Source: Candidatus Neochristensenella gallicola | Lineage (GTDB): Bacteria > Bacillota > Clostridia > Christensenellales > QALW01 | Reading direction: 5' to 3' | DNA length: 64,000 bases | Assembly (NCBI GenBank): GCA_904419735.1 | Contig: CAJFSR010000003.1 | Location: forward strand, 11,290 to 75,289 | Shown here: positions 57,422-64,000 of the stretch, in pieces | How positions within the stretch are numbered: the first letter of the stretch is position 1 | How the letters are laid out: every line of letters begins with the position of its first letter | The notes under the pieces: generated by a model | The model's database searches: none | The model's input: only the letters and a program-made list of their open reading frames with translations | What the model was told of the DNA's origin: nothing | Translations under genes and position numbers: made by a program

Positions 57422-57719
57422 ATTCGCTCCTCCCTCGGCACAATCAAAATTTGTCCCATTAATTGTTATTACATTCTATAAGCCCTTTAACTCAAATATG
57501 ACTGATATTTTCAGGCAATTTTAATTTTTTACCCATCGGCACGAGCTCTTTCTGCCTGTGCGTTGAATTTATATGCAGCTTTTGTTAATAAATTTCAAAA
57601 AAACTATTCACAAAACTCGCCGGCATATGCTATAATATAAAAAATAAATTGTTGATAACTGCTTTTTAAGCAGCATTATCCAAATTACTTGTCCGCCGGG
57701 CGAAGAAACGGAGTTTATT

Positions 57720-58262
57720 ATGGCCAACTACAGATTAAGTATAAGAAAGATTGAGCGCAGCGATATGCCGTCTATTATTACCTGGGCCAGAAATCAGAAT
57801 CTTATGAAGCATCTTCATATTGCTCTGCCTCAAACTGAACAGAACGGCAACCAATGGTTCCAGCGCTCGCTTATAGACCGCAACCGGGACGATTTCGTAA
57901 TCCACGCGGTAAATGAAGAGGGCGAGCGCACTCCCATCGGCATGCTTGGTCTTTTCAATATAGACGAAGCCAACAAAAAAGCCGAATACTATATTCTGAT
58001 AGGCAACAGTGAATTTTCACGGAGAGGCATAGCCTCACGGGCTACGGCCGAAATGCTGGGCAACTGTTTTAAGCTGCTCAATTACAATAAAATTACAGTA
58101 ACCGTGGATAAGGAACATTACGAAGCGCAGAAGCTCGCAGAAAAGCTTGGCTTTAAAAAGGAAGGATTGCTCGTCCAGGATATACTTTTGGACAGCGGCG
58201 AATACATAGACCGCTTCATATACGGCATAACTAAGGCTCAGCATGACGAATGGATAAAATAA
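57720..58262 (+). CDS. GNAT family N-acetyltransferase (RimJ/RimL-like)
   Basis: Motif A region SRRGIASRATAEML, 180 aa. Confidence 0.8.
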   Translation: MANYRLSIRKIERSDMPSIITWARNQNLMKHLHIALPQTEQNGNQWFQRSLIDRNRDDFVIHAVNEEGERTPIGMLGLFNIDEANKKAEYYILIGNSEFSRRGIASRATAEMLGNCFKLLNYNKITVTVDKEHYEAQKLAEKLGFKKEGLLVQDILLDSGEYIDRFIYGITKAQHDEWIK

Positions 58263-58272
58263 CGGCCTTGCC

Positions 58273-58294
58273 GCCCGCCTCAGGCGGGCTTTTT
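58273..58294 (+). terminator. intrinsic terminator of the GNAT gene
   Basis: GCCCGCC-TCA-GGCGGGC followed by TTTTT. Confidence 0.88.
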
Positions 58295-58308
58295 ATATCT
58301 GATAAACT

Positions 58309-58573
58309 CCCTAAATTAACAAGGGCATATACGGTCAGGACAGGGCTGTTTGAGTGTCATGCCGTGCTGCTTTTCGCTCTGTGTACGTCCGGTACACGTC
58401 GTTCAAACGCCTTACAGGTTACGGAAGCGGCCGCTTCGACCCCCTGCGGTCTGATTTCGGCATTTTCAAGGAAGCGGAATGAGGCGTAATGAACGCACAC
58501 CCATTCACGATGACACAGCAAATGCCGAAATCAGACCGCAGGAGGCGTGTATCCTCCCCTTGTCAATTTAGGG
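58309..58573 (+). repeat. structured 265-bp element, family F copy 2
   Basis: Termini CCCTAAATTAACAAGGG / CCCTTGTCAATTTAGGG (one mismatch), conserved core 58364-58411, and a 22-bp perfect stem (58444-65 with 58520-41). Confidence 0.8.
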
Positions 58574-58727
58574 TAAGCTAATACAATCAGAACGCGATTC
58601 TGTTTTGTATTAGCGCCCGCCCCGCATTATTACACAGACGGTAAATACTCCGGCATATTTTGGACTGTGCGCCCCGCAGCTATCCACGCTCCCAGCAAAA
58701 ATACTTGACCCCAGCGAAAGGAAATCC

Positions 58728-58838
58728 TTAAATTATATGAGGATACAATAAGCAGAAATACCAGAACCTTTTTTCCAATGACAGCTGCATATCAAAACAG
58801 AAGAATTTCCCCGGTACGGCGCATTGTATAACGTACAT
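58728..58838 (-). CDS. 36-codon ORF with strong SD (speculative small protein)
   Basis: AGGAGGA, 5 nt, ATG. Product is MYVIQCAVPGKFFCFDMQLSLEKRFWYFCLLYPHII. A 9-bp inverted repeat GCATTGTAT/ATACAATGC brackets the SD and start codon. The ORF is below the ORF-track size cutoff. Confidence 0.25.
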   Translation of the reverse strand: MYVIQCAVPGKFFCFDMQLSLEKRFWYFCLLYPHII

Positions 58839-58927
58839 AAAAGTCCTCCTATGTCATACAATGCATATAAGAAAAGCGGCTTTAAGCCGCAATTTTATCA
58901 ATTAATTGAAAAACTGCTATGTTTCGC

Positions 58928-58956
58928 TTGACAAAGAAATGTGCCAATGATATTAT
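58928..58956 (+). promoter_or_regulatory. trp operon promoter
   Basis: TTGACA (58928-33), 17-nt spacer, TATTAT (58951-56). Confidence 0.75.
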
Positions 58957-58964
58957 ATTTTTAA

Positions 58965-59316
58965 TTTAAAAGCGCAAACCGTTGAAGCGGAGATAACGGC
59001 AATAATGCCTTTACAGAGAGCCTGCGATGCTGCAAATCAGGCAAGAAACAGATTGTCAAATGGGCCGCTGAGGGTGCAGTCAAATGATATATATTATCAG
59101 AGTAATCTGCAACGTGTTGGCATACGTCAGTTGCCGGGGATATGCTGGTATCCCGCCAAGCGCACGGATAAAACCGTGAATTCAAGGTGGCACCGCGGAT
59201 ATGCTGTACTTATTATAGAGTATCTTATTCGTCCTTGACAGATAGGCTAATTCTGTCAGGGATATTTTTGTTTTAACTCCTCTGACCGAAAAAGTCCGGG
59301 GAGTTTTTATTTTCAG
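58965..59316 (+). promoter_or_regulatory. T-box riboswitch leader, tryptophan specifier (UGG)
   Basis: AGAGAG box in stem I, UGG at 59061-63 followed by a purine, T-box sequence AAGGUGGCACCGCGG (59184-98). Two terminator-like hairpins follow: 59233-59262 plus a U tract, and 59275-59312 plus UUUUUAUUUU. Confidence 0.88.
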
Positions 59317-59330
59317 CGGAGGTATAATGC

Positions 59331-60797
59331 ATGAAGATTCTGCCCACCCTGTCCCAGATACAAAACATAGCAGCAAGCGGCAAATATAATGTGCTGCCGG
59401 TAAGCTGCGAAATTCTATCCGATTTTATAACGCCTATAGAAGCCATGCGGATACTCAAAAACGTATCTACGCATTGCTATATGCTGGAATCAGCCTTGGC
59501 AAACGAGCAATGGGGACGCTATACCTTTCTCGGTTTTGAGCCAAAATTGGAGATAACCTGCATTAACGGCAAAATGAAAGCGGGCAGCCTTACGTTCCAT
59601 ACTGATAATCCTTCAAATTATCTCCGCCAGATTCTATCTGAATATAAAAGTCCCCGCTTTGACTGGCTCCCCCCCTTCACCGGCGGACTGGTAGGCTATT
59701 TCTCATACGATTACCTTGGGTACAGCGAACCGGCTGTTAAATGCAAAGCAGAGGATACAGAGGCATTTAAGGACGTTGATTTAATGCTTTTTGACAAGGT
59801 TATTGCTTTTGACCATGTAAGGCAGAAAATAATTCTTATAGTAAATATGCCTCTTAATGACATTGAGGTCGGATATAATAAGGCGGTTATGGAGCTGAAC
59901 CAGCTTATCCGGCTTCTGCGAAACGGCCAAAAGAAAGACGAGCCGGGCGGAAAGCTGCTGGGCGAAGCGGAAGCGCTCTTTAACAGAGAGCAGTACTGCG
60001 AAATGGTGCAGAAAGCTAAGCATTACATCCGCGAGGGAGATATTTTCCAGGTTGTACTCTCCAACCGCTTAAGCGCTCCGTTTGAGGGGAGCCTGCTCAA
60101 CACTTACCGGGTACTGCGCACAATCAATCCTTCACCCTATATGTTCTATTTTGCAGGCGCCGATGTAGAAGTGGCGGGAGCGTCTCCCGAAACTCTGGTA
60201 AAATTAGAGGATGGCATACTGCATACCTTCCCCCTGGCAGGAACCCGCCCCAGAGGCAGAACAGAAAAAGAAGATAAAAAATTGGAGGCAGAATTGCTTA
60301 AAGATGAAAAGGAGCGTGCCGAACATAATATGCTGGTGGATTTGGGACGGAACGACCTGGGCAAAATAAGCAGATTCGGCACCGTCGAGGTAGAAAAGCT
60401 GCACTCCATTGAACGCTATTCCCATGTTATGCATATCGGCTCGACAGTACGGGGAGAAATACGCGGCGAATACGGCGCTCTGGACGCTATAGAAGCCGTT
60501 CTGCCCGCAGGCACCCTTTCGGGCGCGCCCAAGATACGCGCCTGCCAGATTATCAGCGGGCTGGAGAATAATAAACGGGGCATTTACGGCGGCGCCATCG
60601 GCTATATAGATTTTACGGGCAACATGGATACCTGCATTGCAATACGCATCGCCTATAAGAAAAACGGCAGGGTGTTTGTAAGGTCGGGAGCAGGAATTGT
60701 AGCCGATTCAATTCCTGAAAAGGAATATGAGGAATGCCTGAATAAGGCCGGAGCAGTGCTGAAAGCTCTGGAATTAGCGCAGGAGGCTGAATTATGA
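59331..60797 (+). CDS. trpE: anthranilate synthase component I
   Basis: Chorismate-binding C-terminal motifs LSGAPK, GIYGGAIGY and IRIA, 488 aa. Confidence 0.95.
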   Translation: MKILPTLSQIQNIAASGKYNVLPVSCEILSDFITPIEAMRILKNVSTHCYMLESALANEQWGRYTFLGFEPKLEITCINGKMKAGSLTFHTDNPSNYLRQILSEYKSPRFDWLPPFTGGLVGYFSYDYLGYSEPAVKCKAEDTEAFKDVDLMLFDKVIAFDHVRQKIILIVNMPLNDIEVGYNKAVMELNQLIRLLRNGQKKDEPGGKLLGEAEALFNREQYCEMVQKAKHYIREGDIFQVVLSNRLSAPFEGSLLNTYRVLRTINPSPYMFYFAGADVEVAGASPETLVKLEDGILHTFPLAGTRPRGRTEKEDKKLEAELLKDEKERAEHNMLVDLGRNDLGKISRFGTVEVEKLHSIERYSHVMHIGSTVRGEIRGEYGALDAIEAVLPAGTLSGAPKIRACQIISGLENNKRGIYGGAIGYIDFTGNMDTCIAIRIAYKKNGRVFVRSGAGIVADSIPEKEYEECLNKAGAVLKALELAQEAEL

Positions 60798-61363
60798 TAC
60801 TGCTTATTGATAACTACGACAGCTTTTCATACAACCTGTATCAGTATATCGGAGAGCTTGAACCGGATATAAAAGTAATACGCAATGATGAGATGACGGC
60901 CAAAGAAATCAAAAATCTGAACCCCAGTCATATTATTCTCTCTCCCGGTCCGGGCCGTCCGGAAAATGCGGGCATTATAATTGAAGCAGTTAAAGAGCTC
61001 GGACCATATATCCCCATTCTTGGGGTTTGTCTTGGACATCAGGCTATCTGCGCGGCCTTCGGCGCAAAAATAACCTATGCAAAAGAGCTGATGCACGGAA
61101 AACAGTCTAAGATAAAGCTGGATGCCGGCTGCCCGCTCTTTAAAGGCCTGCCTGAAATCATATCGGTCGCACGGTATCATTCCCTGACGGCAGACAGAGA
61201 TACCCTCAAGCCTCCCCTGAAAATAACAGCCCTTACCCTGGACGGCGAAATAATGGCGGTACAGCACAAGGATTACCCCATTTACGGAGTACAGTTCCAT
61301 CCGGAATCCATTATGACGCCCGACGGAAAAGCAATGCTCAAAAACTTTATAAAGGAGATGTAG
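60794..61363 (+). CDS. trpG: anthranilate synthase component II (glutamine amidotransferase)
   Basis: Triad context GVCLGHQ and FHPES; 4-nt overlap with trpE. Confidence 0.94.
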   Translation: MILLIDNYDSFSYNLYQYIGELEPDIKVIRNDEMTAKEIKNLNPSHIILSPGPGRPENAGIIIEAVKELGPYIPILGVCLGHQAICAAFGAKITYAKELMHGKQSKIKLDAGCPLFKGLPEIISVARYHSLTADRDTLKPPLKITALTLDGEIMAVQHKDYPIYGVQFHPESIMTPDGKAMLKNFIKEM

Positions 61364-61366
61364 AAT

Positions 61367-62398
61367 ATGATAAAAGAAGCTATAGTGAAAATAGTAAATA
61401 AAGAGGATTTATCCTACGATGAAGCCTACGCCGTAATGAACGAAATAATGAGCGGAGAAACTACTCCTACGCAGAACGCTGCCTTTCTTGCCGCCCTTTC
61501 CACAAAGAGTGCACGGGCCGAAACCACGGATGAAATTGCAGGCTGTGCCGCCGCCATGCGGGCGCACGCCACCAAGGTTCAAACAGATATGGAGCTTTTT
61601 GAAATTGTGGGCACAGGCGGCGACAATGCGCACAGCTTTAATATTTCCACTACCTCCGCTCTGGTTGCGGCGTCCGGCGGGATGAAGGTAGCCAAACACG
61701 GCAACCGCGCCGCCTCCTCCCAATGCGGAACAGCCGACTGCCTCGAAGCGCTGGGCGTAAATATCCAGCAGAGCCCAAATAAATGCATACAGCTTTTAAA
61801 GGAGGTCGGCATGTGTTTTTTCTTCGCGCAGAAATATCACGCTTCCATGAAATATGTAGGCGCAATCCGCAAGGAGCTGGGCTTCCGCACGGTATTCAAT
61901 ATTTTAGGCCCGCTGACCAATCCCGGCCTGCCGTCCATGCAGCTTTTAGGCGTTTACGACGACTATCTTGTTGAACCTCTTGCCCAGGTGCTCATTAATC
62001 TCGGCGTTAAACGAGGCATGGTCGTATACGGCCAGGATAAATTGGATGAAATCTCCTTGAGCGCGCCCACAAAAATATGCGAGATAAGAGACGGCTGGTT
62101 CAAATCCTACGTTATTACTCCCCAGGATTTCGGCTTTGAATATTGCTCCAAAGCAGATTTAAAAGGCGGAGCGCCCAATCAAAACGCCCAGATTACCCTT
62201 AACATTTTAAACGGAGAAAAGGGCCCGAAACGGAACGCCGTTTTAATGAACGCCGGAGCCTCATTATATATAGGCGGCAAAGCAGACAGCATGAAGGAGG
62301 GCGTAACCCTGGCGGAAGAGTTAATCGATTCGGGCAAAGCGCTTAAGACCCTGGAAAAACTGATTGAAATCAGCAATCTTCCGGAGGTGGAAGCATGA
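61367..62398 (+). CDS. trpD: anthranilate phosphoribosyltransferase
   Basis: VGTGGD, KHGNRA(A)SS and NILGPLTNP motifs. Confidence 0.95.
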   Translation: MIKEAIVKIVNKEDLSYDEAYAVMNEIMSGETTPTQNAAFLAALSTKSARAETTDEIAGCAAAMRAHATKVQTDMELFEIVGTGGDNAHSFNISTTSALVAASGGMKVAKHGNRAASSQCGTADCLEALGVNIQQSPNKCIQLLKEVGMCFFFAQKYHASMKYVGAIRKELGFRTVFNILGPLTNPGLPSMQLLGVYDDYLVEPLAQVLINLGVKRGMVVYGQDKLDEISLSAPTKICEIRDGWFKSYVITPQDFGFEYCSKADLKGGAPNQNAQITLNILNGEKGPKRNAVLMNAGASLYIGGKADSMKEGVTLAEELIDSGKALKTLEKLIEISNLPEVEA

Positions 62399-63177
62399 CC
62401 ATTCTGGAACAGCTCGCCCGCCATGCCCAAGAGCGTACCGAGCAGGCAAAAAGTAAAACCTCCCTTGAAGAAATCAAGCGGCAGGCCCTGAACCTGCCCA
62501 AAGGAGATTTTGCCTTTGAGAACGCGTTAAAAGGCAAGGATATAGCTTTTATATGCGAATGCAAAAAGGCTTCTCCCTCTAAAGGACTCATCGCACCCTA
62601 TTTCCCCTATCTGGAGATTGCAAAAGAATACCAGGAAGGAGGAGCAGACTGCCTCTCGGTGCTGACCGAGCCGAAATGGTTCCTGGGCAGCAGCCAATAT
62701 CTGAAGGATATAGCCGCTAAAGTAAGCCTCCCCTGCCTGCGCAAGGATTTTACCGTTGACCCGTATATGATATATGAAGCAAAGCTGCTTGGCGCGGCGG
62801 CCGTACTGCTTATTGTATCCATACTGACCCAAGAGGAACTTAAGCATTATATCAACATCTGCGATGAACTGGGACTTTCCGCCCTGGTTGAAGCGCACGA
62901 CCAATTTGAGCTTGAACAGGCCCTAAACGCAGGGGCGCGCATAGTCGGCGTAAATAACCGCAATCTCAAGGACTTTTCAGTGGATACGGATAACAGCCGC
63001 AGGCTGCGCGAGCTGGTTCCCAAAGAAGTGCTTTTTGTGTCCGAAAGCGGCGTAAGCGGCGCGGAGGACGTTAAAAGGCTCCGGGATATAGGCGCCGACG
63101 CCGTATTAATCGGCGAAAGCCTTATGAGAGCGCCCGATAAAAAGGCCAAGCTGGTCGAACTGCGGGGGAAAATATGA
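62395..63177 (+). CDS. trpC: indole-3-glycerol phosphate synthase
   Basis: [22 protein letters not shown] and ESG motifs. Confidence 0.94.
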   Translation: MTILEQLARHAQERTEQAKSKTSLEEIKRQALNLPKGDFAFENALKGKDIAFICECKKASPSKGLIAPYFPYLEIAKEYQEGGADCLSVLTEPKWFLGSSQYLKDIAAKVSLPCLRKDFTVDPYMIYEAKLLGAAAVLLIVSILTQEELKHYINICDELGLSALVEAHDQFELEQALNAGARIVGVNNRNLKDFSVDTDNSRRLRELVPKEVLFVSESGVSGAEDVKRLRDIGADAVLIGESLMRAPDKKAKLVELRGKI

Positions 63178-63779
63178 TTAAAGTAAAGTTCTGCGGGCTT
63201 TCCCGGATCTGCGATATAGAAGGAGCAAACGCATTAAAGCCAGAATATATCGGATTTGTATTTGCCCCTCAAAGCAGGCGCTGTATTTTGCCTGAAAAAG
63301 CGCTAGAGCTTAAATCCCTGCTATCCCCCGGCATAAAGGCGGTGGGCGTATTTGTAAATCAGCAGCCCGAATTTGCGGCTGAACTGCTGAACAGTGATAT
63401 AATAGATATCGCTCAGCTGCACGGCAATGAAGAAGATAATTATATAGAGCAGCTGCGCAGGCTCACCCATAAGCCCATAATACAGGCTTTCCGCATAACC
63501 GGCGTCGAGGAGGTAATTAAGGCCCAAAACAGCATTGCCGACTGCATTTTGCTGGACGCAGGCGCGGGCACAGGCACATCCTTTGACTGGAAGCTGGTTC
63601 AAAATATTAAAAGGCCGTATTTTCTGGCCGGGGGGCTTAATGCGCAAAATGCAAAAGCCGCTTTAAGCATTTTAAAACCCTATGCCCTGGACGTCAGTTC
63701 AGGAATTGAAACAAACGGACTGAAAGATACTCGCAAGATGGCAGAATTTATTCGTGCCGTCAGAAAGGAAGCATTATGA
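63174..63779 (+). CDS. trpF: phosphoribosylanthranilate isomerase
   Basis: VKFCGL N-terminus, QLHG, LDAG..GTG and GGL motifs. Confidence 0.92.
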   Translation: MIKVKFCGLSRICDIEGANALKPEYIGFVFAPQSRRCILPEKALELKSLLSPGIKAVGVFVNQQPEFAAELLNSDIIDIAQLHGNEEDNYIEQLRRLTHKPIIQAFRITGVEEVIKAQNSIADCILLDAGAGTGTSFDWKLVQNIKRPYFLAGGLNAQNAKAALSILKPYALDVSSGIETNGLKDTRKMAEFIRAVRKEAL

Positions 63780-64000
63780 CAAACCCAAACGGACGATTTG
63801 GCATTCATGGCGGGCAATATATTCCCGAAACCCTGATGAATGCTGTTATTGAGCTGGAAGAAGCTTATAATTATTATAAAGAGGAGCCAGAATTCAACAG
63901 GGAGCTGAATAAACTCCTGAACGAATACGCCGGACGGCCTTCACGGCTTTACTATGCTGAAAAAATGACCAAAGACCTCGGAGGCGCAAAAATTTATCTT
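63776..64000 (+). CDS. trpB: tryptophan synthase beta chain (5' part; runs off the window)
   Basis: My translation from ATG 63776 gives [31 protein letters not shown]...[25 protein letters not shown], the canonical TrpB N-terminus. Confidence 0.9.
   Translation, partial: MTNPNGRFGIHGGQYIPETLMNAVIELEEAYNYYKEEPEFNRELNKLLNEYAGRPSRLYYAEKMTKDLGGAKIYL

Noticed and set aside
1-64000. Search for a defence island, prophage, conjugative element, toxin-antitoxin pair, retron, DGR or biosynthetic gene cluster.
   Set aside because: I recognised no integrase, recombinase, transposase, reverse transcriptase, cas gene, restriction-modification gene, phage structural gene or secondary-metabolite core enzyme on either strand. 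The only weak candidates are the HEPN-like/CBS protein and the 36-codon ORF, both reported above with low to moderate interest.

Overview
This 64-kb window looks like chromosome from a Firmicutes/Clostridia-type anaerobe. Supporting signs are an rnfCDGEAB operon, a T-box-controlled trp operon, a DUF3794/LysM sporulation-type protein, AGGAGG-type ribosome-binding sites and CCA-encoding tRNAs. All calls rest on reading the sequence and recognising motifs; no database search or folding program was run. Nearly all coding capacity is housekeeping. It includes two paralogous heterodimeric ABC exporters, ftsH, murG, ldhA-like, aconitase plus icd, ppx, rnfCDGEAB, hemW-lepA, argCBDF plus a coupled GNAT, tmk, pckA, trpEGDCF(B), and tRNA-Gly and tRNA-Lys. 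I found no integrase, transposase, cas gene, CRISPR array, prophage module or recognisable defence operon. The unexplained signal is non-coding. (1) Five copies of a GC-rich nested-palindrome element occur in intergenic regions. Each has a long outer stem of 30-49 bp, perfect or nearly so in four copies, closing a junction with three short hairpins. The junction motifs are conserved (GGCGTTTG ... CAAACGCC, CGGCC-loop-GGCCG, GCAGGC-loop-GCCTGC), while the arm sequences differ between copies yet stay complementary. (2) Two copies of a second element of about 260 bp share TACCCTNA / TNAGGGTA termini, a conserved 45-nt core and long internal stems carrying compensatory changes. Secondary points are: an unclassified promoter-to-terminator leader RNA upstream of a TetR gene; a protein with an Rx4H (HEPN-like) N-terminal domain fused to a CBS pair; an arg operon without argJ that ends in a translationally coupled GNAT; a sigma-70/ECF-like factor with a C-terminal extension of about 350 aa; a decayed accessory patch at 8.0-9.5 kb; and a 36-codon ORF whose SD and start codon lie in the loop of a hairpin.
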